Assembly: GCA_040954595.2 (NCBI GenBank) | Contig: CM082578.2 | Location: 6,805,519 to 6,869,518, forward strand | DNA from: Balanoglossus misakiensis | Taxonomy: Eukaryota; Animalia; Hemichordata | Direction of reading: 5' to 3' | Length of the DNA: 64,000 nucleotides | Shown here: positions 26,444-39,500 of the stretch, piece after piece | How the letters are laid out: every line of letters begins with the position of its first letter | Numbering within the stretch: the stretch's first letter is position 1 | Program-made: the position numbers and the translations under genes | The notes under the pieces: generated by a model | The model's database searches: none | The model's input: the letters and a program-made list of their open reading frames with translations, nothing else | What the model was told of the DNA's origin: nothing

Positions 26444-27593
26444 TTCTAAACTCTTAAAATTATCCCACTGACAGTAGTTTTATCTTCGTATAAGCATTTT
26501 TATGTCATCTGGAAGATAAGAATAAAATATCGAAAATTGTGAAATTATGAATTATGAAACCGATATAGGATTACACATTAGTATGTAGACACTTAATGCT
26601 ACAAAAACAGAGTTCAGTGTAATTATTATAATTTGTCAGAGAACTTCTGACAGTAAAGTAAGCCAAGGACGACAGGCGAACGATACAGTAAAAATGCGCG
26701 ATTCTGAAAGTCATCGAAACAACAGGGCACCATGCTCGAAATACATATACCCAAAGACCCCTGTATCACGTCACGCCCTCCTGTGTATGGCAGAGTGAGA
26801 GAAGGAGGCTTTGTATCCTATGTGATGCACAAAGAACTACAAGCGAGTTGTAATAATTTATCAATGTAACTACGAAGCAGAACACAATAAGTGTAACAGG
26901 AACGACAACATGGTTATGAATGACATTTTTCAACCGGTGTAACAAATGATCAAATATAAAACAACTGAAGTAAAAAAGCTACCACACGTCACTGCAAAAC
27001 TGCGTGACAAAGAAGCGCATTGTCTACATACGCAATAACAGAGGCACTGAATTCGCATCACATGTTGCGCCTTGATACAATCACCTTGGAGTGCTCAGTC
27101 GAAATAATCGAAGCTTAGAGGCAGATACGGGGGTAAATATCACCGCGTTGGTCGTCGAATGACTCCAAAATCGATTAGATACAGTTGTAAATATCAGATT
27201 ATTATAAACAATACTGGTTTTCGACGGACTATGTACCGATTTGTATGCGTTGCGCGATCAAGTAAACAGTCAGTATGTTGGTCTTATCACAGTCCCTCTA
27301 TAGACTGTGGTCTTATGCATACCTCAATGAGCCTATCGTACAATCTTGATAGACGTACAGGAATGGACTGGACAAGAAGCTTAATGTGATTCTTAATCGA
27401 GACGAGTGCGCATACATCGTGCATAAATGTAGAAACAATAAACACACACTGATGCCATTCGAAAATATCGATACCGTCGGTGTGCGAAAAAAATAGATTA
27501 CAGATACTTCTGAGAAGAAGGCGATGTAATGATGCAGACCTTTGAATCTGAGACACATTGTACAGTGACTGAGCAAACTTAACGTCAAAGGGG

Positions 27594-27607
27594 GTTGCCA
27601 TAGAGAC
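27594..27607. promoter_or_regulatory. RFX X-box-like motif upstream of SMKR1
   Basis: GTTGCCATAGAGAC resembles GTYNCC-AT-RGNAAC and lies ~1.15 kb upstream of the candidate SMKR1 ATG. Function is inferred. Confidence 0.4.
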
Positions 27608-30600
27608 AAGTAAATGGAAGTCTGGAATGCAATAAAACAGTTTGTTGGAAATAATCAGCGAACAAACACACCGGCACTTCCTCACACGATCGGGGTATAT
27701 GACACTGATTCAATATTTGCAGAGTAATATTTGTCCGGTCGTGATGGTTTTGTACGCAATCGCCACAACAATAACGCAACGTTTGTACTCCACTATTTAT
27801 AACATTGTCAGCTTTTGTCGAGTAAGGAGAACAGCAAATCTACTCGTGTTTTCACATTCTTGCAATCGATCACTAACATGTACCTGAACGAGACAGAGAG
27901 TAAATCAGGTAATGTAAGTGAAGAGGGCAAGTAACGTACCTGCGTGCGGTTCAGTTTTGCGTCAACCCTTTTGCTTGACAGTGGGATGAAGACACACGCT
28001 ATCCCAGCAGTCAGCAAATGACTCCCATCGCGCGACCTTCACTTGATCTTTATCGGATTAAAATGAATATTTCCAGCCCCGCCAGATAAAGAAAGAATGA
28101 TAAAAGAAAGACCTATCGATCGCTTTCAGCCTTAGACATTGCGAAGAATATTGGTCCCACTGGAAAACTACAACAAAGCCGTCCGCGCTGTCGGCATTTT
28201 CACGTAGCAGTTAAAACCAGAAACAATTTCTTAAGATCCTTGACAACCGTAACTAAAGATGGAGGTGTTTTGACATTTGCCACGGGAGGAATTCTAAGAA
28301 CCGTTTCGGTGCCATGGTGATTTAGATTAAATACACTCTGTTCAATTCAAGAATACGACATATCCCTCGAGGCGGACCGCTTATTACTTGCATCAATTGT
28401 CGCGATAGAACGTTCCACTCCGAGGTTATAGTATTACATATGGATGAAACATTTCTATACATATGTGCATGCGCGCGATCGAAATGTTTCCTGCGGCCAT
28501 CATATTCTCATAATGCTAACGAGAAACGCCCATTCTATTGCGTATAGAATGCAATGACTGTTATTATTCCGTGCACATTGAAACTATACCTCTGTGTAAA
28601 ACTGTAAAATAACCCATGATAGCACGACAGTAATTCCCACCGTACGAATGAAAATAATACAAGAACAATATCAAACCGGGATATAGATTGGTTTCTACTT
28701 TGGAGCTAGCTATAGGAGAGCGTATATATGTTCGATAACGTGGTAGGATCTTATTGCGGTAATGATGCATGTAAGTGCATGAAGTGCTGTACTCAAGTGC
28801 GAGTGGTCAACATTCTGTCTGGGGGTATTGCCTGAAAGTGTATGTACTTAAAAGTCACTCAACTCAATTAGGATTATTCACCAGAGGTTAAGAAACTTTA
28901 CTGCAATGTCATATTAACAAGGGGGAAGTTCTGTTATTGGTTATTTCGTGGGGCCGGTTTATTATATAAGGTTCGTCATTATAAGCGCTATGTGGTTACT
29001 AGTAATACTATAAGAGTTGTACAAATGCGAGGAAAAATGATAAATTTGGCATATTGAAGAAGACCTTTAAATATACAAAGGTATAGAAATGTGATCGTGA
29101 ATTGGTCATTGCACTCTGAACATTTGTTCATCCTTGCAAGTCGAACAGTTTGCATTTGCTTTTCTTCAGAAATGCGAATCGCGGCGACACGAAACAATTT
29201 AAGCGATCAATTTATTTTATTACTTCCTTGGAGGTTACAATAGTTGCTTCGATAATCGTATGGGTAGGTTGTGACGTCACACGCAAAAACAAATGACAAA
29301 TGTTGGCACATTTGTCACGAGTCCAATACAACAACTATGTATTGCACTGTGTGACAAAGTAATCAATGATACGCATACTTCTGTATTATAATCTACGTCT
29401 TTCGTGAGTGCATGGAGTCATTGTGTTTCGCCGTTTCTTCTATTGTACTTCGGGCATCGACATTTTCCGTTCTTTTCACTGGGCATCGACATTTCTCGCT
29501 GTTTATACTGCCAACTCTGAGTCGCCGGCAGCACATTTTTCGTCGATTTTAGTATCCAATGGAAACGGCATAAGTCTATACGCGTATATAGGCCTATGCG
29601 TATTCCGCATGGTGCAAACCACCTGTTGATTTAGCAGACGACAGCTCGTGATCGGATTTTTTTCATGACCATAATCTCGGTCATTCGAGATTTAGGCCTG
29701 ATAGAATTTACGCGGTACAGGTCAGATAAGATGTATTGCTGAGATAACAACGCTTGAACTGTAAACCCGGACCCGTGATGTAATGACGTGACCGCATCGC
29801 GGAAATGACGGAACCAAAAATTGGCGTTTCGCGTTTGCGTGACACGGTCGATGGTTGCATGTTTACCGCGTCGCCTAGATTAAAATCAAACCTTCATAAA
29901 ATTTTAATACAGTGTGCACTCTGTTTCCATCTCGAACGACACCCAGATTTTGGTATCAGCCACGGAATAAATAAATAAAATAAATTGTGCGTCGACCCGC
30001 ACATTTGTCGTAAATCTTATGGAAATGGTTATAAAAAAACATGGTGACATGTGCAATAATATCATGCGATCCGATATGCATTTTAGTGACAGCTAGGTCT
30101 CTCAACTGTTGCTATGGACGCCTTTGCATTTTAATAAATTACAATGTTGACTTATACCCCCGTAAATGATCAGATGTGTATTTTGTGGATTGCATTCGGA
30201 TATAGTATGGTCAAGTGGTCACGTCACGCAAGCTTCAAGTTTGTTTACAATGTTCCTATAGTACTGATAGTATATCCATGGTTTGGCATGACTGTTAAAA
30301 ATCCACGTTTTGGTCGTGGAGAGAGCTGTATCAAAAGTAATCAGTGGTTGAAGTTCGCTTTGACACGATTGATGACGTGCAAGCGGTTTGATTTGTGTGA
30401 GTACAGGACATGGCAACTGTGTTTCGACGGCACACGTCACGACCCACGTCAACAAAAACACGGTGTCTTTTCCTGGTTGTTTCTGTCCGGCCAAGTAGGC
30501 GAGGCCTTAGTGGATTCATTTTTACGCTGTGCTGACATATGCCAAACGGTGTTGTTTGTTATAGTTAGAGGGGACACATTTGGCCATGGGAAGTAGATCT

Positions 30601-33116
30601 CTGTTGGCCTACTAATATTACCATGGTCATGGAGCTATCTAGAGTTCCCCTATCAATTTGAACTATACACACAGACTCTGTTCAAATTCCTTATAGCCAC
30701 CCTTCCACTAACTTGACCCTGTTGCATTTGTAAACATGGGATTAGAAGGACAGTTATACACAAACATTCGTACAGTAGGCCGATAGTCTGGCACAGACAT
30801 CGTCTTCGGTTTCGGCTTGTAGACGACCTGCGGTAAGTATTGTAATGAGTTGACAAGAGTGCAAGAGTTGGGGTAAGCATGTCCCAAATCAATGCCCATT
30901 GTTAAACTACAGACTACAATGCACTGCAGCCTCATCAAGAAATGTCATATCTTCAGTTGTAAAGTGGGAAGAGTAAAAAGAACTCGACTTTGTTATTGTT
31001 ACCTTGTTGGCAAACAAACCGCAGCAGCAAGATCCTACGGACAAAATCTGTCGAAGTTAGATATAGTATATCTTTGAACGGAGAGGCCTTTGAAACGAAG
31101 CGACCGTGAAATGCACATACGTACAGTAGCAGGCGAACACCATGTGTATACACCGCAAAATCCCCCGCGACAAATGCGCTTCTTCCGTTACAGAGTCTGG
31201 CCGCCCGCCTGTCACTGCCGCTCGGCCACGTACGTACCGTGGCCCGCACCGTTCCCCCGTGATCTCGTCACGTTGGGAACAATCACTCACCTTAGTTGCT
31301 GGCTGCAAACGTTCGAATGGAACTTTGGAAGGCCGGCGAGTAATTTCCGTATAATTGCCTCTTTCCGCACCATAAACACACAGGTGGTCGGATTCTATTT
31401 TGCGTGTGTCGCCAAGGGTGATACCGACGCCGTGCCGCGCCGTGACTGTGAGGGCGCTATAGCCAAGGCCACAGGATTGACAGTACATGTACATGTACAT
31501 ACTGTTGCAAAAAGTTACTGCATTGTCTTTCTGGTCAAAAGAAAGGATTACTATTAAAACAAAAGTATACATACTGTTTCCATATTTATGTATGTTGAGG
31601 TTTTGTTATTAAATTTTCGACATTTCTTCCAACATTTGAATTACCGGTACAATGTACCAGCATTTTGCAATGGTAAACCAGTCATAGTCATGCAATTTTG
31701 TTTACCCATACACGAACTATACAATGCACTTGCATTTAATAATTCAGTGGATTAACAATCTTTGAATTCTGTTTCAGCCACACTACCACGTTTTGTATGC
31801 TACTCCACAAACTATTGTGACAGTATTGTTGATAAGCGTAAGTACCATGTTAATGACCTTGAACTACATGTTTTAAAGTACAATAGGGCACACTACGAGG
31901 TTGTGGGGAAACAACAATATAGGTCACCTGCGACAATACTTATCTTTACAAACTTTAGTTAGAGTGTGTGTTCTATGACAAAGTCCGTTTTCAAATCATT
32001 ATTTCTTATTAAAAATGCAGGCTGTGTCAGACCTGAACTCCAGAAAGTTGATGTAATTCCTGAGAAGAGGAATTCGTAGCATCGGAGTTGAAATTTCACT
32101 GTGTTGTGGCTGACCTTTCAAGAGGTGTGGTCTACAAGGGGAATTGTGGGAAGCTTAATATTTACTCGACCAAACAATGCCCTTGTGTGAATAAGGCAAC
32201 TGTTTGGTCTCTCTGTACTCACTGAACTTCACGCTGGTTTGTGTTTGTTTGTCAATGGTAACAGTAGAAAAATACCAATAGTGTGATTAACTTCAAGGGG
32301 ATGTCCTGCTTGTTATATTATTACTCTCTGTGGGGAATCAGGCCACAACCATGTATAAATGTGCAATGCTTGTTCATTTGGCAGATTCTTGTTTTCTGCA
32401 GTTTGGACATGATTGACAGGCCAATTAGCAATATTAACCGGCAACCACAAACTTCAGGAAATGTTGGCACTGCTTCATCAGTATCTTTTTTAGCAGCTAT
32501 GGAAAATAATTCCCATACAATCTGGACAGAATCCGTACACCATAACTCAAACACCAACATATTCATTTTGACCAAAATAATTTATTCACAAGCTTGCAAT
32601 AGGATTAAGACTTCTGTACAAAACCACTGCTACAGACTAAACCTGTTTTCTTGAAAGCAAACAAAAATTAATGACATGGCAGATATCATGCGTGCATTGC
32701 ACTGGCTCCACAGTCACCAGCATCTTGCACTGATACCGGCATATGCAACCATCAATGTCAATGGGATTATTGATGGTTGTCTATGGTTTCCCATCCACTA
32801 TGTATTGCAGAACTCGAAAAAAAATGCAAGTTATGTGACATAGGAACAAGTTCCGTACAGTTACTGTAATAATAACATTACATTGTCCATCACTCTTCCT
32901 TTGCAAAAATGCTTTTGGTGGCGAGGGAAGGATTGGTTGCATGATTTGAGTAATAACAGGTCACTCATCACCACATTAAGCAATGTTTCTGTGTCTCTCA
33001 CAGCAGGCTTCAACATATGTAGATTGGACCTCTTCAAGCCAACTGCAATTTTAGTACCTGTAAGAGACAAACAAACAGACGAAGCCAAAATCAAAGCAAT
33101 GTCAATGTTAGAGCAC

Positions 33117-33147
33117 ATATAAATAAATAAATAAATAAATAAATATA

Positions 33148-33190
<43 letters not shown>

Positions 33191-33217
33191 ATATATAAAT
33201 AAATAAATAAATAAATA
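33117..33217. repeat. (TAAA)n microsatellite in the STRIP 3' region
   Basis: About 25 TAAA/TATA units read directly. Confidence 0.95.
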
Positions 33218-33504
33218 CGCTGGAATTGTATTATCTCATGTAAGTATAACCAATTGATTCTGGGGTAAAAATCTTTTTGATCAAATAGCATTCTACATAC
33301 TGTCACAATCTAGTTCCAACATGGTAACATTTTAACGATTTCACAATGATTATATTTTGAGAAAAAAAGGCAGTTACAGTGACACATGAATGGATACAGA
33401 ACATTTAAGAAACAAAGCGATAATTCAGCAAATCTAGCTGGGAAGAATCTGTACATGAAAGTTAGTGACGAAGGGTATGGGAAATAACGCTAGTTGTAAT
33501 GAAC

Positions 33505-36500
33505 TCACCACGCTTCTCTGAGCAACTGATCCCAGTCAATTTTGGTCGCAAAGACTTCCCTCTCTAGCCAGCCTTCGTAGTATCTCTTGAAGTCCTCGCT
33601 GAGTTCCACGTTCTGCCCGAGGACGCTGAGGATGTTGTTGTCGACGGGCGCAAAGTCCGGGTCCTTGTTCCCCGTGGTGTCGTAGCGCCTCGTGTTGAAC
33701 CTGTCCACGCACGCCCTCAAGGCACACTCTTCGGCCTGGAAATCCCACGGACGAGCGTCCATGTCTGCGGGCAGGGTATAAAAAGTGAAGGAATAATTTG
33801 GGTATATAGTCTGTCATGTAGCCATGCATCCCCCTCTCACTGTGTGTGGACCTGTCAACGCAACTCAAAACAGTTGGACTGAACTAAATCATGGGTAAGG
33901 GGAGGGGGTTAAGTCTTAATCTGATATATTTGTTGGGTATATTAATGTAAAATCGTCAGTCTTCCATGCTCTTTCAAAATGCTGAAATACACCGAAACAT
34001 GTAGTCTATAATTGCCCGTGTTTGTTCAATAATGGACAGTTTTCATATAACGATCAACATTATTGAAAGGCCTGTGAATGATATTCAAACGTACCGCTAG
34101 TCAAAATATATAGCAACACATTTCAGAACTGACTGAATTCAAATTACCATTCAATTCAATACACTGACTCACCATTGCCATAAGCCCAGTCGTCGTTCAG
34201 ACGATGTCTCACTTTCTGGTAAATAGCAGACAGCGTTTTCATGTTACTCTTTCTCCATTGTCTTCCCAAGTATTTCGTTTGCATTTTCAGTAGTTTCAAA
34301 ACGTAGAGTTGCATCATAGCTTGTTTCACTTTTAAAGCTCGTTTCAGAATGGGAGCTGACTTGAAAACCACCAGCATCTGGAACAGATGCAAAGAACCCT
34401 AATGATCATACTCTAGATTATACTTTATGTTACTTAATAAAAACAACAAACTGACTGAAGAATTGGACAGGAATATCCTGGAAATTTTCATAATGTCAAA
34501 GCTTGCAGTCTTCTTGGGCTTACCATAGTTCTAGAATGCTTCCATTTTGTAAGTTTATTCAGAATTCTGAGTAAATTGATGCAAGAGAAGAGATTCCTCC
34601 AGCAGTATGCTGCGTTGTCACCAGCCTCCTGTCAAGTGGAAGTAAACGAAGATGATCAGAAAATATGGTGTAATCATGCATGATATGAAATGCACTTTAA
34701 CCCTTTTACCCACAGTGGTCCATCTTTATGCTAGAAATCAATGGGTTTGGACCCAAGGTATACAGTCACCTATGCAAATTACCCACACTATTCCTATAAG
34801 GCTATTGGACATGATTTTTATTTTGTATACATGTACATGCAGTGAGTTACTTACTAAACTCTCAGCCGTCAGTTCAGGCTGGTCACCGATCACACAGCTT
34901 GGGAAGTCTATCACATTGATGCTGACAATGAAAAAAAAAAAAATTAAAGCTGCAAGCAGCGTTGGCGGGGCACAAGCGGTTCCCATGGTGACCAGCAAAT
35001 GCCACGGCTGTATCTGCTGGGGATACCAAGATATGGGAAAGTAGGTCAAAGGTCACCTGAGGTCACCCCAAATTTGGGCAAAAAAATCGGACCCCATACT
35101 AGTCTAGATCCAACAAAAAACCAGACCCCTAGCCCTTTTGGTTCGCCTGCAATTAGGTATGCACATAATTAATGAAGTCTTGTGTAAGACTCCATTATGT
35201 GCTCAATCCCCATAAAAGCCAGGGCTCTAACTGCTCTGGATGCTGAGATATGGGAAAGTAGATCAAAGGTCACCCAAGGTCACCCAAAATTAGGGCATAA
35301 AATTTTGACCCCAGAGTGGGCCATGTCCAACCAATACCAGACCTCTAGCCCTATTGGGTAGCATGGAATTAGATATGCAGAAAAATGATGTTTCAGAAAT
35401 AGGTCAAAGGTCATTGTCAAAATTACCAAAATATTTGTGTCATGTCCTGGCGGCATTGGTACCCATGTCCACAAAATTCATGACTTTGGTGCTTTGACAA
35501 GAGGAGGTATGGGGAATATGCATATATAATTAGTTGTTTTAAAACTGGGTCAAAGGTCATGTGAAAATTGCCCCGAAAAATTGTAACAACTTCCGGTCAT
35601 ATGATGACTCATATCCAAAAAAAGAATTTCCATGCTGTCAACATTTTGGCTACAAAACGGAATTATCACTTTTCAATGGTTTTCCGAAAATCCAACATGG
35701 CCGCCACAATGATCGACCAATCACAGTGAGCTTCGCAAACTTGATAGACATAGGTTAGGTGACCACATATCCCAAATCCCGAGACTCGGTAACCGCTGGT
35801 TCTGGAGAAGAAGATTTTTAAAGTTTTAAGTAGTTTTTCAGAAAAACAATTGTAGCAAAAAAACTTTACGTATGACGTCATGATTTTAATGGGGTAAAAT
35901 GATGGACATAAGGTAGGCTACCTGCACACCAAATTTGAACTCGATCGGCCCAGTGGTTTTAGAGAAGGACTCATTTAACGATTTTCACGAAATCCAATAT
36001 GGCCGCCAGGTCACGTGACTAATTAAATATTCACGAGCCACTGCACGTCTACTCATTGGCCCCTACCACCCTACCAAGTTTCAGCCCCCTAGGTGCTGCG
36101 GTTTTCCAGATCTACCTGGCCGAATTTCTCGGAAGAAGAAGAATAATAATAAAGAAAAATTCCAACAATACCAATGGGGGCACAAGCCGCCTGAGGGCGC
36201 TTGTGCCCCCAACAATCAAGGTCCCAATAAAAATATTTGTCATCAATACTGTCTTGTATCATCATCTGCACTGATGCCTGGTATAGTTGCTTCAAATTCA
36301 ATTAATCAGACAAACACACCTATTCAAAATAACCTGGAAAAAATTGATGACTGTGGGCAAGAATTAAACTTCAAAGCTCAATCTTTACTGCTCGGTTTGA
36401 ATACAGTATACATGCTTTTACATCAATACACAATATGGGTCAGTAATACAACAGTTGTGTTAGCATGACTTAATCACGGGATACAATCCCCAATTGAAAA

Positions 36501-39500
36501 CAAAATTCAAAGTGTATTCTCTAAGATGGCGCTGTAGCATTTACAGGAAAATCCGTGGTGAAACACCGTTTCCTGAAGTTACCAATGACAAACACAAATA
36601 TAATATTTTTGTTATCTATCTCTGTATTCTTACCTATTCTTAGCACCAACGTAGGAGCTGATATTCTGATTGAAGAACTTGAGCACCAGGGGTATACAGT
36701 TTGCAAACACTAAGTGTTGACTCATGAACTCAAACTGTTTGGATACAAACAGCAAGACAGGGGTTATACTTATAGTTCAAAATGCTCATTGGCCGATGGA
36801 GATGTGTTGTTTTTGATCAGCAGTTGCGGGGTGAAAGGGTTTTTGTGATCGCAATATTTTCCTATAAAACTCCCAACTTCAGGAATGGGATAGGGTAATT
36901 GCTGGATTACAACAAGACAAATATCAGGCTCTACAAACACTGAATATGGAGACATATAAAGTTGTGATTGATTACGGCAGATTTTTACAGGTAGTGTCAG
37001 CATCTGCTGTCCTTGCGAAATATTCTTTGTTCAGGAGATGCCGACACATCTAACTGTCTTGGCGTTGGTGCAAAATCATGGCGAAAACACGGTCTTTGAG
37101 CACATTTTTTTTGGCGTTCAGATGAGATGACAAGTGGAACTCACCTGATAAACATGATTGAGTTTATAATGTTTGAGAAGTAAAAGCAGAGTTGCAGATA
37201 TGGCCTTGACGATAATTTCTTTGTGTCTGTTGACGTCGATACCCAGTTTCATCGACTGCAGCACTGTGATTCTAACAAGATAAAGACAAAAGATGAATCA
37301 TCAAAACAGACTTACACTAGATAGATCTGATCTGGTTCGTTTTCATGAATCTCCCCTGAAAACACTTGTTTTTCTTTTTCCTTAATTCCTGTTTAACAAG
37401 TTGGCTGGTTTATCCAAATTAGAAAGGGGACATTATGCAGTGTACCATATAAGAATTTAAAACAAGTTCAGTTCTGTATTTGACTTTCTGAACTCAGCTA
37501 CACTTTTCACGATGCTGTGGTTGGAAATGCCAAAGCAGAACAGGAAATTGGCCAATTCTGATGAAGGTTTTAGTGAAAAAAGCCTCAGAAACTTGCAACA
37601 ACTCAGACACAGATATACGCATACACCTCATTGTTACCACTGGAACCATAAGATGCTTAGTCTCTGCAATGGGGACAATGTAAGGAAAGGATTTAATATG
37701 CAAAGCCATTAATTCTCACTTTCCCAGCGATGAAAATCAAGCTCTCCCCAATCAGTGGGCAAAGTGTGGGATGATTCACAATGGTGTACCCAGTCAAGAG
37801 TTAAAAATCGTTGTGTGAGGCATGGCATCAGAGGCAATGGAAAGATACTACGCAATAACCTGTTCCATCAAAGCTTTGGCTTTTACGCCCCTAACACAGC
37901 CCATCATTCTGACCCCCCTCCTCCCACCTCTCAAAGACAAATCTCCAAAAGGAATGCAAAGACAATGTATGACAATCCCCACAAAGCAGGATTAACTCCC
38001 CCACTTACGGCATTTCCTCGGGTAAAACATCTGCCAGAATATTGATGGAATCCGTCTTGGCTTTGGACGTTGGAGCTGCGGCTAAGAGGATTTTCAACAA
38101 GGCAATCTGCCGGGATTTCAACCACACACAAAAAATGCAGTTAGGTTCCATTCAAGGACATTTCTCAAACAACGCTATTACTATTGTGCAAGAGGCTGGC
38201 ACAAACACACACATGCACTGTTCATCATTTACTTATTTTTGACATAGAGAAATACTCCAGTGTTCCCCCCAGGAATTTCTGATAGCATAGCAGCTAATTA
38301 ATTAAGTTCTATTATCTTCTAAAAGTTAACGAGTAGTGGCCACTATGCTTTAATTGCTCTGGGGAGAACACTGTACTCCTCATTATTCTCAGCTCTTTTC
38401 ATTTTTTTTTGTATTACAAATTCTATTGGGGTCTTCTATTATGGATACACTGTTCACTGTGTTGGAATGTACATTTATCATTTATGGCTTGCGATGGATG
38501 AAGCAAGAACAAACGGTAACTAAAAAGGTACCTACCATATATTGAGGTAAATTAGGTAACATGGCTTGATACAGAAGTTCAACGGGGCTGTTGGAAATCT
38601 CTTCTTCAGCCTGCAAGTGACACCAAAACAGTTATAAAACAAGTTTTTGATGTGGACGGAAATACATACATCCATCCATACATAAATACAGATGCAACTG
38701 ATTCCATAAGGTCCCATGGTATATATACATACACCAAATAGGACCTAAAAATCCCTGACAGACCTACACTTCTTTAATTTAATCAAACAGTCCTCCTTTT
38801 TAGTCTTTCTCTATTCATACAGTAGCTCTTGATATACTACAGGGATAGGGTTTCAGCACGGCACATAAAACATCATCTCGAACAGTATTCTTAAACAAGA
38901 CTTGCCATGGCGCAGTAACATAGTGAACCATGTCAACCATACTGTCACGCTGAACTGACCTTTGACACTGGGTGTTTTGTGATTTCCTCCTCTGTTTTAA
39001 TCTGCAGCTCTGACAGTGATATGTACACGTGCTGTTGAGAGTAAAAACAGATGACGATGTGTGAGTTTGCAATTTTTAACCGAGCAGAAAGATTGCCTCA
39101 AACTTTTTCTGTCATTCAGGATTCACTTGCGAACTACAGCCTCATTTTCTTGGTTGCGCCATTGGGGGCGCACTTCCTTAAGAAGAGTTTACCCAGAGTG
39201 ACTCGGGCGTGCACACACACACAAGGAAGGTGAACCGAAATTAATTAGAGAACCGCAGTTTGCTGAGTGTATGTCGCTAGATTTACTGGCAACTCATCAC
39301 TTAAGAGTCAACTGTTCCTGCATCTGCCGTCAAATACCCTTTTTTTTTACCTTTTTCAAAATACGAACGCCTTCGTGTATAGGTTCTGGTAAGCCTGCCA
39401 CTGTGTGTTGATCACTGTCAGAAAAAAATAAGAGAACATTATTACTATAAATAATCAAGATGAAAAGATTCTTGATATATTAGACGAGATTAACCTGTAA

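Noticed and set aside
31057-31572. Overlapping 155-aa and 171-aa ORFs in a GC/CpG-rich patch
   Set aside because: Long frames are explained by local GC content. No motifs, and no TIR or TSD identified.
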